From Pedobacter sp. (lineage in GTDB: Bacteria > Desulfobacterota > Desulfuromonadia > Desulfuromonadales > Syntrophotaleaceae), in the NCBI GenBank assembly GCA_050253415.1, contig JBFWJC010000001.1, forward strand, positions 712,679 to 776,678: a stretch of 64,000 bases of DNA. Direction: 5' to 3'. Shown here one piece after another: positions 10,194-19,873 of the stretch. Made by a program: the position numbers and the translations under genes. The notes beneath the pieces were generated by a model. The model ran no database searches. It had not been told where the DNA came from and worked only from the letters and a program-made list of their open reading frames with translations. Each line of letters starts with the position of its first letter. The first letter of the stretch is position 1.

Positions 10194-12128
10194 TTAAAAG
10201 GTTAAGCTGGCGCCTGCATAACCTGCAATGCCGGGCGTACCAAACCCATTGACTTCTTCGTACTCTTCATCAAACAAGTTTTCCACTCTGCCGTGAATTT
10301 TGAGATGTTTGTTGATCTCGTATGAAAGCCCCAGATTGACGACCGTGTAGGCGCCAAGGCTGGTTGTTTTGCTCCAATCATAAAGATCCAGATCGTCACG
10401 TTCGCCAACATAAAAAATATCGAGATTGATATTGCCGGCGTCGAGAAAACGGTAGTTGGCATTTACGTTGTATTTATGGCGTGGACGGCGTAACAACTGT
10501 TTGCCGGTACTACGGTTTTCCGTGTCTGTGTACGTGTAACTTGCAGACAGGGTCAGGTCGTCAACGGGTCGCACTGAAGCGGTGACCTCAATGCCTTTGG
10601 TCTGGGCTTCGTCGACATTTTCATACTCGTACTTGAAACTGTCCAAGCTGAAAAAGGTGTTGATCAGATCCTCGAAATGATTTTCGAAGTAGGTTGCTCC
10701 AAGGGTTATGCGATCATCCCACAGGCTTTGTTCAAGGCCAATGTCCCATCCGCGACTTTTTTCGGGTGTCAGTTCGGGATTACCTAGAACATAAGTCGAA
10801 TTTTCAAATAGCTGAGCCAGTGTCGGGGCCTTGAATGCTGTCCCATAAGTTCCCTTGATGCGGGTCCCGGTAGGACGAAACAGGTAGCTGCTGGTAATTC
10901 TATAAGTCAGCCGCGAACCAAATGTTTGGTGGTCATCCACGCGCACACCCAGGGTAGTGATGAAATCCTGCCAGAGTTTGATCTGATCCTGAATGTAGTA
11001 GCCGTTGGTCTCTGCGCTCTTTTTTTCAAAGGCGTCATTGGTGTTCCAGGAGGGATCTGCATAGACATACACGGATGAACCCTGGGCCTCTTCCTTTTCG
11101 TATTCAACCCCCACGGTCAGGGTGTTGGTGGGGTGGAGATAGAGGTTGTGCTGCCAGTCAATCTTGTAGAGACGGCTGTCGTAGGTGGTCAGACTGCTGT
11201 CAGAGGGATGTGCAGCATCAGTATCATCCCTGTTTTCCCGTTCATAGTCAGTCAATGAAAAGCCCAGCTTCTGTTCCCATAAATCATTCAGCAACATGAG
11301 GCGAGACTGAACGCGCAAATAGAGAGCTTCGGAATCAAAGGTGTTGTTGACGTCATCGCCATAGGGTCCGGCAAAAGTATCCAGATCCGCCTCAGAGTCT
11401 ATATAGCGCAAAATAAAATCGATATCGAAGTTATCCGTTGGCGTAAGTCCGAGTCGGGTGGCAACCGTGGTGCGATCATAACCATCTTTTTCCGAGTTGC
11501 CATATCTTTCGGCTGCCGCCGATATGCCGTCGGATTCAAGGAAGGATGCAACCAGGGAGTAGTTCAGAAGGTCGTTGCCCCCGCTGATGGAGAGTTTTTC
11601 CTGGTGGGTATCGAAACTTCCGCCCTCCGCGAATAAGCTGACACGGGGCTTGCCGCTCCCTTTGCGGGTAATGATGTTGATTACGCCACCCAGGGCGTCG
11701 GAGCCGTAAAGGGTGCTGCCAGGGCCTCTAACGATCTCAATGCGCTCGATATTGTCAGTCGCAAGGGAGGCAAAATCAAGGGACCTTCCAGGATTGGAAG
11801 GGTCATTGATTTCGATTCCGTCAACAAGTACCAATGTATGGGTGGAGTTGGCGCCGCGCAGGAAAATCGAGGTTTGTTGACCCAACCCTCCCTGTCGCAC
11901 AACGTCCAGGCCTGGCACGCTACGCAGTACCTCCGCGACCGAATTGGACTGCTTGTCTTCAATCTCTTGGCGGGTAATGATGGTGACAGAACTGGCGACT
12001 TCACGTAACGGTGTTTCGATCTTGGTTGCCGTGACAACGACCGGTTCGAGGGTGGTCAGGTCGGAAGCGAATGCAGAAAAAGTCTGCATCAATACACCGA
12101 CCAGGGCCAAAGACAGGATTTTAACCAT
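10194..12128 (-). CDS. btuB: TonB-dependent outer-membrane receptor, likely for cobalamin
   Basis: Signal peptide, VVVTAT TonB box, plug motif IERIEIVRGPGSTLYGSDALGGVINIIT, terminal Phe; B12 riboswitch upstream. Confidence 0.88.
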   Translation of the reverse strand: MVKILSLALVGVLMQTFSAFASDLTTLEPVVVTATKIETPLREVASSVTIITRQEIEDKQSNSVAEVLRSVPGLDVVRQGGLGQQTSIFLRGANSTHTLVLVDGIEINDPSNPGRSLDFASLATDNIERIEIVRGPGSTLYGSDALGGVINIITRKGSGKPRVSLFAEGGSFDTHQEKLSISGGNDLLNYSLVASFLESDGISAAAERYGNSEKDGYDRTTVATRLGLTPTDNFDIDFILRYIDSEADLDTFAGPYGDDVNNTFDSEALYLRVQSRLMLLNDLWEQKLGFSLTDYERENRDDTDAAHPSDSSLTTYDSRLYKIDWQHNLYLHPTNTLTVGVEYEKEEAQGSSVYVYADPSWNTNDAFEKKSAETNGYYIQDQIKLWQDFITTLGVRVDDHQTFGSRLTYRITSSYLFRPTGTRIKGTYGTAFKAPTLAQLFENSTYVLGNPELTPEKSRGWDIGLEQSLWDDRITLGATYFENHFEDLINTFFSLDSFKYEYENVDEAQTKGIEVTASVRPVDDLTLSASYTYTDTENRSTGKQLLRRPRHKYNVNANYRFLDAGNINLDIFYVGERDDLDLYDWSKTTSLGAYTVVNLGLSYEINKHLKIHGRVENLFDEEYEEVNGFGTPGIAGYAGASLTF

Positions 12129-12280
12129 AAAGAAAAACTCCTCCTTGTGCCCAGGCAGGAGTGAGCACGAAGAGGAGCATGGTCCTTTGCATGTTCACAT
12201 TTACGATAAATGCGACAGCAACAGTAACGACCGCTTCAGCCCACCTTCCCATAAGCCCGGGGAAGATGATGTGGGATGTC

Positions 12281-12436
12281 CGAAACGGCAGGTATACTGG
12301 CTTGCGAATCATTCTCGGGACCGCCTTCCCAGCATGAGCGCCAGTGGCATGTTGATCCCTCGTCCTCGCTTACAGTGGCGGGTCCGCGGGGGATTTGCAC
12401 CCCTCTTCCCTCTTACGCCCTGAGGCGCCGTCGAAC
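12281..12436 (-). ncRNA. Cobalamin riboswitch upstream of btuB
   Basis: Minus strand AGGGAAG..GGTGCAAATCC..GCGGACCCGCCACTGTAA...GCCACTG...GGGAAGG...AAGCCAGTATACCTGCC (B12 box). Confidence 0.92.
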
Positions 12437-12446
12437 GTATACCGTA

Positions 12447-12475
12447 AATGTAACCTTATTGTATAAGATTGTAAA
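12447..12475 (-). promoter_or_regulatory. Putative sigma70 promoter for the btuB leader
   Basis: TTTACA-N17-TACATT immediately 5' of the riboswitch. Confidence 0.55.
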
Positions 12476-12501
12476 GTAAGTCTAAGGGCTTATAGGAAAA
12501 A

Positions 12502-12726
12502 CTAACCCCCTCCGACTTTGGGGAAAAGGGACAGGATCTGGCCGTCCATCATGACATGTTCGGGGAGCACGTGACGACCGTTTATAAGGGCGACGCCGAG
12601 TTCCGGTCCATCGATTTTCAGCGAGGTGAGAATGTCACCAACTGTTGTAGCTTCAGGGTAGTCCTGCTCGGCCATCTTGAAACGGTTGTCACGAAATCCT
12701 GCAAAAAGTTTAACAGTAATTTTCAT
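12502..12726 (-). CDS. MoaD/ThiS-family sulfur carrier protein
   Basis: 74 aa ubiquitin-like: ITVKLFA...LFPKVGGG C-terminal Gly-Gly; follows aor. Confidence 0.88.
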   Translation of the reverse strand: MKITVKLFAGFRDNRFKMAEQDYPEATTVGDILTSLKIDGPELGVALINGRHVLPEHVMMDGQILSLFPKVGGG

Positions 12727-12800
12727 GCGGCACCTGTTCTTAGATCAGCTAAAAATTGATAAAACGCCTTTGAATGAAAGCTCAAAAGTGGAAATGATTA

Positions 12801-12829
12801 AAAAAATGGGCACCCCATTGGGGTGCCCA
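12801..12829 (-). terminator. Intrinsic terminator after aor
   Basis: AAAAAATGGGCACCCC-att-GGGGTGCCCA; gives a U-tract on the minus strand. Confidence 0.7.
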
Positions 12830-12854
12830 CTGGTATTGCATGTCAGTGTTTATT

Positions 12855-14588
12855 TTAGAAATTCCAGACTTCGTCGATTTCGGCCGGGGTGAAGTCCCAT
12901 ACTGCATTGTGGGGAGGAATCGGCTCGAGTTCGAAGAACTCAGGCAGACGGTCGTCTTCGTTGGTGAAGCCAGCCTTGGTGTTCCACTCTTTTTCCATTT
13001 TCAGGATCTTGGCGCCCATGCCGACGAAGTCGTCAACAGTCATTTCAACGCCGAAGCGGGCTGCGATCATGTCAACCAGAGCGGGCAGTACTTCGGGGAT
13101 ATCCAGAGCCGGGAAGGCTACGAAGATACACATACCGGTGCTGTCGACTGCGGTGGTAGCAATCTGCAGGTTACGGGACAGTTCAACCTGGCCTTCTTTG
13201 GTCAGAGGATCGACGAAGCCGCCAACCTTGAGGATGTTGGTAGCAATGGTGTAGCCGGCAGTGTGGTCGGCACCCTGAGTAGTGGTAGCGTAGGTGATGC
13301 CGATACCCTTGACCGAACGGGGGTCGTAAGCCGGGATACCCTGGTTTTTGACAACCGGTACACGGGTCAGGCCATAAGCTGCGCCGACGGAACCGGTACC
13401 GTTACCAAGGATACGGCCCAGAGGGGTACACTTGCCGATTTCTTCGTTCATGATGCGCAGGCCTTCTTTGCCATCACCCCAGGGGAGTACGCCGGCTTCC
13501 ATGGCGACGGCGAGAAGTACGGCGCCTTCGATGGAGTCGATGCCGATGTTGTCCATGGCGTTGTCGATGCGTGCGCAGTCGTCAAGGCTTTCGATCAGGC
13601 AGTTGATGCCGAGGCCCCAAACGGTTTCATATTCGAAGCCAGAGGTGATGTACTCACCTTTGTCGTCAACATATACCTGGGAGCACTGAATGATACAACC
13701 GGCATGGCAGCCGTGCTTGGTGTGGCCGTTGGGGCGGCCGGCGATGGTGTCATGCATGGTCTCGCCGGACACTTTGTCGTGGTGCTCGCACTGGCCGTAT
13801 TTGAAGTTTTTGGTCGGCAGACCGCCGGCTTCGTTCAGGATGTTGATCAGAACGTTGGTGCCGTAGGTGGGCAGACCTTCGCCGGTAACGGGGTGATCGA
13901 GCATGCCTTTTGCGAATACTTTGGCAGCAGCGCGGAATTTCTCGGTGTCGGCGATTTCAACTTTACCGGCGCCGGTAGCATCAACGGTGATGACCTTGAT
14001 CTTTTTGGAGCCCATAACGGCGCCCAGGCCGCCACGACCATGGGAGCGGATCTTCTGGTCGGGGTCTTTGACCGAAATGTTGGCGGACAGCAGGCGATTT
14101 TCACCGGGGATGCCGATGGTCATAACGCCGATTTTTTTGTCGAACTTTTCGTTCATGGCGTCGATGACGTCGAAGTTCTGCTTGCCGACCAGCTCGGAAG
14201 CGTCTTCGAAGGTTACGCCGTCCATGGTGACATGCAGGCGATACCATTTGTCATCTTTGGGCTGGCCTTCGATGATCATGGCTTTGATGCCCATTTTGGC
14301 GAACTGCTGAGCGGTGGTGCCGCCGGCGTTGGATTCTTTGATGGTGCCGGTCAGGGGGCTTTTAGCACCGGCGGACATACGGCCGGAGTTGGCAGCCGCG
14401 GTACCGGACAGCTGACCGGGGGCGAATACCAGTTTGTTGTTAGGTCCGAGGGGGTGGCACATCGGGGGTACTTCTGCTGCTACGATGGTGGAGGTCAAGG
14501 CACGACCGCCCAAAGTAACAAATTCGGCGGGTACTTTCTCGACCTTGCAGGTCAGATCCGTCATGTTAACGCGGAAAATCTTATCCAT
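12855..14588 (-). CDS. aor: Aldehyde:ferredoxin oxidoreductase (tungsten-pterin AOR family)
   Basis: AKSPLTGTIKESNAGG, GRGGLGAVMGSKKIK, GCHAGCIIQC, EYET, DDRLP motifs. Confidence 0.95.
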   Translation of the reverse strand: MDKIFRVNMTDLTCKVEKVPAEFVTLGGRALTSTIVAAEVPPMCHPLGPNNKLVFAPGQLSGTAAANSGRMSAGAKSPLTGTIKESNAGGTTAQQFAKMGIKAMIIEGQPKDDKWYRLHVTMDGVTFEDASELVGKQNFDVIDAMNEKFDKKIGVMTIGIPGENRLLSANISVKDPDQKIRSHGRGGLGAVMGSKKIKVITVDATGAGKVEIADTEKFRAAAKVFAKGMLDHPVTGEGLPTYGTNVLINILNEAGGLPTKNFKYGQCEHHDKVSGETMHDTIAGRPNGHTKHGCHAGCIIQCSQVYVDDKGEYITSGFEYETVWGLGINCLIESLDDCARIDNAMDNIGIDSIEGAVLLAVAMEAGVLPWGDGKEGLRIMNEEIGKCTPLGRILGNGTGSVGAAYGLTRVPVVKNQGIPAYDPRSVKGIGITYATTTQGADHTAGYTIATNILKVGGFVDPLTKEGQVELSRNLQIATTAVDSTGMCIFVAFPALDIPEVLPALVDMIAARFGVEMTVDDFVGMGAKILKMEKEWNTKAGFTNEDDRLPEFFELEPIPPHNAVWDFTPAEIDEVWNF

Positions 14589-14634
14589 TTTGTACTTCCT
14601 CCCAATCTTTTACATCTGGAATGGTTCCGGGTAA

Positions 14635-14731
14635 AATCTCCTTTCCAAAAGGGAGGCGCCACTGTTTCCAGCGGAACCCGTCGGCCTGTCGCCATAAGGA
14701 CCTTCCCAGTAGGCAGCGAGGCTCGGAGATT
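14635..14731 (-). ncRNA. Moco/Tuco RNA motif (molybdenum/tungsten cofactor riboswitch candidate)
   Basis: Minus strand AATCTCCGAGCCT...TATGG...AGGCCGACGGG..CCGCTG-GAAA-CAGTGG-CGCCTCCCTTTTGGAAAGGAGATT; outer stem AATCTCC/GGAGATT; upstream of aor-moaD. Confidence 0.85.
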
Positions 14732-14787
14732 GGTAGTTTCGCATAAATCGCTGATGAAGATGTCAATGAACTTTTCCAAGTAGACAC

Positions 14788-14817
14788 GTTATAACATAAA
14801 ATAGAACGAAAGTTCAA
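14788..14817 (-). promoter_or_regulatory. Putative sigma70 promoter for the aor leader
   Basis: TTGAAC-N18-TATAAC with a TG extended -10. Confidence 0.5.
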
Positions 14818-14974
14818 TATCGGATGGTGTATACATTTTGCGGCGGCGGGTATTTTTTGCAAAAAAACTGTAAGACCTTGAAAACACACTGGAAAAAAAA
14901 TTAAAATTGATAGCAAACAGTGTGGTTTTTCGATCTGTTTTGCGTTGAATGGCGCGTTTTTTTCACAGCTGACG

Positions 14975-15997
14975 TCATAAAAGCAAAAAAGGGATATAAA
15001 AAAATAGACTGCCGAGAAGAAAAAATGGCGAGAGGTCAAAAGATGTTCGCTGCGGTGGGAGGTCGATGGGGGACACCGCGACCGTTGTGATTTTCTCCAT
15101 GAGTTTGGTGGCGACTTTTTCTGGTTGGTTATCGCCCAAATAGAAATAGCTTCCGCCGGTCGCAGCAGCTATTTCTTCAAGGGGGCGTTGATCGAGTCGG
15201 GTTTTAAGGGGAATGTCCTGACTGTCCACATAAAAGCCGTCGATGTCGGTGGCGCCTTTTCTGCGGATGGGAATAAAGACATCGCTGGTATGACCGACTC
15301 CGATGGTGAATACCGGAGTAACGGATCCTGTTCTTCTGGCAAGAGTCTGCAGAAGCGATGACCGGGTATTTTCAGTGTCTTCGCCATCCGTTATGAGAAC
15401 CACCGCTCGCGCCGGGATTTCTGCCTGGCTGTCGACCATCATCATACCACTGTCGATGGCAGCCAACAGATTACTGCCTGATTCCGTCAGATCGCCAAGA
15501 TCGGTATGGGTGACCATGTAACGCAAAAAGCCCAGGTCACGAGTGGGAGAAACAACCTCGATGCCGTTACGCGCAAAAAAGAACAGACCGACTTTCTCTC
15601 CATCAAGACGTTCGACTATGCTCAGAGCCAATCGCCGCGAGGCATTAAGCCGGTTGGAAAGAGGCGTTACGCGCTCTCCAGGTAGCCGTTGCAGGACCAC
15701 ATCCTCGGCCAGCATCGATTTGCTCACATCAATGCCGATGGCCAGCACCAGGTTGTCGCTGATATTCCCCGATCGCGATACGGTAATGCTGGGTCCTGCG
15801 AGGGCGGTCACAAGACTGGCCAGTCCCAGTAGTGGCAGCAGGCTGCGGCCTGTACGCCGCCAAACCGGCCTGTTGCCAGAATCCGCCCGGAACCGACTCC
15901 GTAAACGACCAAGAAAACGTTCCGTGGCCAGAACCCGCCAACCGATCGGAAGGAGTAGCAGGAGCAGCCAGAACATCTGCGGAGAATTGAATCGCAT
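14975..15997 (-). CDS. Membrane-anchored vWA-domain protein (MxaL/BatB-like)
   Basis: N-terminal TM helices, MIDAS DVSKSM, LITDGED, C-terminal DLSPFFL TM helix. Confidence 0.82.
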   Translation of the reverse strand: MRFNSPQMFWLLLLLLPIGWRVLATERFLGRLRSRFRADSGNRPVWRRTGRSLLPLLGLASLVTALAGPSITVSRSGNISDNLVLAIGIDVSKSMLAEDVVLQRLPGERVTPLSNRLNASRRLALSIVERLDGEKVGLFFFARNGIEVVSPTRDLGFLRYMVTHTDLGDLTESGSNLLAAIDSGMMMVDSQAEIPARAVVLITDGEDTENTRSSLLQTLARRTGSVTPVFTIGVGHTSDVFIPIRRKGATDIDGFYVDSQDIPLKTRLDQRPLEEIAAATGGSYFYLGDNQPEKVATKLMEKITTVAVSPIDLPPQRTSFDLSPFFLLGSLFFYIPFLLL

Positions 15998-16006
15998 GTC
16001 AGGGTC

Positions 16007-16807
16007 CTATTTCTCTACCCGGGTTTCCAAAGGAACTCCGGGGGCGAAGCCAGCCACGTCTGGAATAAAAGCTTCGAGCTGTTCCTGAACCTCGGTCAGA
16101 TTTTCCTGCCGGACTTCGCTCAGTCCGATCTTGCGGTATTCGCCGAGGCCGACGATCAATTCCATGTTCCAGCGGGGCAGGGCACGTTCCTGGGAGGAAC
16201 TGCAGGTTGCGTCGACGAGATCGATGGCGGCTTTATAATCATCAATGGCGTCGGACAGGAACTTTGCACCCTTGCGCCCATCCTGTTCAAAATTCAGCAC
16301 GCTGTAGGCAAGCATGACAGACACATTGCCTTTGAGGGTGAGCAGTTTCCAGTCTAGCGATGCAGTTAGCTTTCCCCTGCTTTCCAAGGCTGCGGCGCAA
16401 CTGTCGCGCAGGGCGAGCAATTGTTGGTGAAAAGTCTGCAGTTGATGGCGTTGATCCGAAGCAAGATATCGGTTATTCAAGGCCGCTGAGATTTGCTTGA
16501 AATTGGTAACGGCTTCTTGCCACTGGTTCCAAAGTCGGACGTAGTTGGCCTCGGGTAGCGGTTGGCCAAGAGTTTTCGCCTGGGCGCTGATCTGCTCCAG
16601 TTCGGAAATGACGGCTTGACGGTCCTCGGCTGGGGGCAGGTTTGCCATTCGTGCATTGAGCTTATGCAGGTTTGTCGTTTGTTGCGAACTGTGCCAGTAG
16701 CCGATGGCACCGGCAATCAGCAGCACTATGCCTGCCAATCCCACAGTGCTCAGGGCGATAACTGTGGCGCGTTTGTTTCGCAGAAGGATGTCTGTGAAAG
16801 TAAGCAT
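16007..16807 (-). CDS. Single-TM helical/TPR-like protein (MxaK-like position and tail)
   Basis: N-terminal TM; A..DYKAAI...RWNMEL...IPDVAGFAPGVP resembles the MxaK C-terminus as I recall it. Confidence 0.55.
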   Translation of the reverse strand: MLTFTDILLRNKRATVIALSTVGLAGIVLLIAGAIGYWHSSQQTTNLHKLNARMANLPPAEDRQAVISELEQISAQAKTLGQPLPEANYVRLWNQWQEAVTNFKQISAALNNRYLASDQRHQLQTFHQQLLALRDSCAAALESRGKLTASLDWKLLTLKGNVSVMLAYSVLNFEQDGRKGAKFLSDAIDDYKAAIDLVDATCSSSQERALPRWNMELIVGLGEYRKIGLSEVRQENLTEVQEQLEAFIPDVAGFAPGVPLETRVEK

Positions 16808-16901
16808 GTTTCAGTCCTCGAAGTTGTTGCAAGGCAATTTGTTATACCTTGACCGGTTATTGCCGTGTCCTTTTGGTTTTAACCGAAGCCAGGTGGCTGT
16901 T

Positions 16902-18014
16902 TTAAAGTTTGCGAAGCCGCGGCAGGCTGCGCAGAAGCAGGTGCAGTGCCATAAGTCCAAATCCCATAAGGGCCAGCGTCTGTCGGGTCCAGCGTGGTTG
17001 CAGGGTGATGCGAGTCAGATTCCGATTGCTTTCCAGGATGTCGATCTCTCGGTAGACTTCTTCAATCTGTTCCCGATCCAGACCGCGCGAGGTAACGAAA
17101 ATGCGACCGACGGCAGGTTCGCCGGTTACCGGCTGCATGGCTTTTTCCACCGCTTCGTCGACCTCGCCACCGACCGAAATGATGTAGAAACGCACTCCGA
17201 CCGCTTTCATCAGGGTAATGATGTTGACCAGGTTCGGCAGGGCACCGCTGCGCACGTGGGCGCGCTGGGTCGGTTCGATGCGGCCGTCGGTAAAAAGGAT
17301 AACAGCCATGCCGGTGCCCAGTGCCGCATTGCGGATCTTCTGGGGGATATCGAGCAGTGCTCCCGGTTCGCCGAGCAGAAACTCGCGCATGCCGGCGATC
17401 TGTTCAACGCTCAGGCGGTTTTCCTCGGGCAACATGGAGAAAAATGCCGAAAGGGATAACCATACAGCTTCGGAGGCGTTGGTGCCGCCCCCGGCTCCAA
17501 GTTCCCGGTAGATTCGCGAGTGGTTTTTGCTGCGCACCAGATCGAGTTTGGCTTTGAGCAGATCTTTGTCAAACGTCAGCGGAGCCAGTAGCTTGGCGTA
17601 GCTGGAAAAGGCCACCAAGCCGATGTAATCGTCGCTGCGGCGCATATCGATAAAGGAGCTGATCCCGTCCAGAGCCAGATCGCCCAGAGTCTGATCCGAG
17701 AACCGGCTTACCGGGCGTTTCATGGAGCCGGACAGGTCAAGGGCCAGAAACAGCCATTTCGATTCGATGAATTCCTCTACCGTCTCTTTCGAATAGCCTG
17801 GATTGACCAGGCTAAGGACCAGACAGGCGTATACCAGGCTGAAAAGGATACCGTTGTAATTACGTTTCCAGAATCCCGGCCGCAGACTGACCATGTCCGG
17901 CAAGATGGACGGGAATGGCAGCTTGCGCCGAGTGCGCCGTCGCAGCACCAGGAAAAGGGGTGCCAGCAACAGCAGCAGCAGGGCCAGAGGGTATTGCAGT
18001 TCGAAACCAGGCAT
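16902..18014 (-). CDS. Membrane-anchored vWA-domain protein (MxaC/BatA-like)
   Basis: Start MPGFELQYPLALLLL; MIDAS LDLSGSM, DYIGLVAFSS, APLTFD, LFTDG. Confidence 0.85.
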   Translation of the reverse strand: MPGFELQYPLALLLLLLAPLFLVLRRRTRRKLPFPSILPDMVSLRPGFWKRNYNGILFSLVYACLVLSLVNPGYSKETVEEFIESKWLFLALDLSGSMKRPVSRFSDQTLGDLALDGISSFIDMRRSDDYIGLVAFSSYAKLLAPLTFDKDLLKAKLDLVRSKNHSRIYRELGAGGGTNASEAVWLSLSAFFSMLPEENRLSVEQIAGMREFLLGEPGALLDIPQKIRNAALGTGMAVILFTDGRIEPTQRAHVRSGALPNLVNIITLMKAVGVRFYIISVGGEVDEAVEKAMQPVTGEPAVGRIFVTSRGLDREQIEEVYREIDILESNRNLTRITLQPRWTRQTLALMGFGLMALHLLLRSLPRLRKL

Positions 18015-18040
18015 GGGCACAATCCGGCAGCAGAGGCGGT

Positions 18041-19843
18041 TCAGTGTTTTTCGGGAACGTCCTGCAGCGTTTCTGAGCAGGCCCGCACTTCGGCAATAAG
18101 CTTCCCGGCTTTCTCGGGTAAATCGGCCGGTATGACTGCCTGGTCGCCACGCGCCAGAGCATGATCGATGATGGACAGCACGTCGGCGGCGGATGGGCGG
18201 CATGCGCGGGGCAGTGCATCTTCGATGCGGTGGAAGAAGGCCGTGTGGCTCCCCCCGCGCATGTCCTCGTCAAGCCCTGCAAATTCGGCCAGGTAGTTTT
18301 TCAAGGCTACACCCAAAACGGCCAGTTCTTTTAATCCCAGGTGTTGCTCTGTGGCCAGAACCACTGCGCTTACTGCCTGATATAGGCGGTTCAGGGCGTG
18401 GTTTTCGGGCTGCACGGCCATTTTCTGGCGGCTACGCCGGAGGATGGCTGCCGATGCGCAGACCAGGCCGATGAGAACCAACCCGGCTAACATCAGCATG
18501 GCATGGTGGCGTTTGGCCCCTGTCGCAGCCGCGTCATCCATGCCCGGCAGGGGGGCTGGTTCGGCGACCTGCAGGTCAAATCCCTGCTGGCTTTCCGGGA
18601 TCATCGCGGCGATGCGTACGGGTACTTCGGTAGTCTTGATCAGCTGCACCTTGGTCCTGGGTGCGCCGCTATCTGTGTAATAAACCGGAATGCCCGGGAG
18701 ATTGTATTCGCCGGTGGCATAGATTTTTATCTGTCCGGTAATGCGAATGGGGCTGCGGTTCAGGTCGACGGCGCTTAACGGGACGTCATAGCTGATGTCG
18801 TACAAATTGTGGAAAATGCCACCCGGTTTGAGATTCAGGTTGGCAATGGTGCTCGATTCAATTTTCACCTTGTCGGTAAAGCGAATTTCAAAGGTAAAGG
18901 GGATGGGGGTGCCGGGCATGGCACCATTCATCGCCAGGGAAAACTGTACGCCGACAGGCGGTATCAGAGGCATCAAGACCGGCCAGGCCTGCGCTACGCT
19001 GATGTCCTCGGCCAGCAGGTTGGCAGTCTGCCAGACGCTTTGCCGGCAAGGATCGATGGTGATACTTTGACGGTTGGAGGGCGTTATTTCATCGGTTTCC
19101 ACGGCCTCGATGGCTTGCAGCAGAGCCTGCCGTTGTTGGGGGGAGGCGGCGGTCTTCCAACGGATCGCAATACGTTCCAGGGGAGCATACAGCTGATCAG
19201 CGATTCTCCAGGCAGGGTGTGCGTACTTGACCTGTGGATCCTGCTGTAAACGCGTCATAAGGGTTTGGAAAACTTCCTTCGGCATATCTCTGCGCAGCCG
19301 GTAGGCGGCCATAGCGGGGCCCAACTCCGGGTCGTGAAGGAAGTGACTGAAGTATTCGCCGTACTGTTGGTTGAACGACTCGAAGGATGGCGGTTGGGCA
19401 TTGCTATCCCCCATCTGGAGATTGTCGGATATCTCTGCCGAGTAGCTGTCGGTTGTGTCCTCCGGCAGAGTATCGATTTGCCTCGTTGCATCCATCAATC
19501 GCACCACCAACCAGTCAAGGGCCGGTTGGGGGACGACCCTCTGCCCGTTTTGGTCGTAGAACCATACATCCTCCTGGTAGCTGGACCACAGGCGGTCAAA
19601 GCAGGCGATACGTTCCGCATCAAGGGAGTCTGACGCGGTTTCCGGCTGAGCCTCGGAATCCGTGACTTGTTCGGCGGATACTTCCGCAGTTGTCCCACTT
19701 TGATCAGGCAAGTTTTCTGCTGCCATGGCCGGGACAGCAAACACCAGGAAGAAAACCAGAACCTGGACCAACAGGCTTACCTGCGCAAGGCAGGCAGGGT
19801 GCTTTGTAACTGTACGGGAAGCATTGCGAGGATGTTGTTTCAT
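18041..19843 (-). CDS. Exported membrane-anchored protein (MxaA/BatD-like position)
   Basis: Signal peptide (PAMA), beta-rich GEYNLPGIPVYY region, late TM helix, cytoplasmic helical tail. Confidence 0.6.
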   Translation of the reverse strand: MKQHPRNASRTVTKHPACLAQVSLLVQVLVFFLVFAVPAMAAENLPDQSGTTAEVSAEQVTDSEAQPETASDSLDAERIACFDRLWSSYQEDVWFYDQNGQRVVPQPALDWLVVRLMDATRQIDTLPEDTTDSYSAEISDNLQMGDSNAQPPSFESFNQQYGEYFSHFLHDPELGPAMAAYRLRRDMPKEVFQTLMTRLQQDPQVKYAHPAWRIADQLYAPLERIAIRWKTAASPQQRQALLQAIEAVETDEITPSNRQSITIDPCRQSVWQTANLLAEDISVAQAWPVLMPLIPPVGVQFSLAMNGAMPGTPIPFTFEIRFTDKVKIESSTIANLNLKPGGIFHNLYDISYDVPLSAVDLNRSPIRITGQIKIYATGEYNLPGIPVYYTDSGAPRTKVQLIKTTEVPVRIAAMIPESQQGFDLQVAEPAPLPGMDDAAATGAKRHHAMLMLAGLVLIGLVCASAAILRRSRQKMAVQPENHALNRLYQAVSAVVLATEQHLGLKELAVLGVALKNYLAEFAGLDEDMRGGSHTAFFHRIEDALPRACRPSAADVLSIIDHALARGDQAVIPADLPEKAGKLIAEVRACSETLQDVPEKH

Positions 19844-19873
19844 CGTTTTTTCCTTGGTGTGAACAGGGTCAAA

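Noticed and set aside
12840..14783. 647-aa plus-strand ORF opposite aor
   Set aside because: Antisense shadow of a codon-biased gene; no motifs; the minus strand is a clear AOR.
16902..18203. Long N-terminal extensions in the ORF track (vWA, eutBC1, cbiG, cbiE, cbiD, porin 2)
   Set aside because: They overlap upstream genes or lack an RBS; downstream ATGs with an RBS, translational coupling or paralog agreement were used instead.
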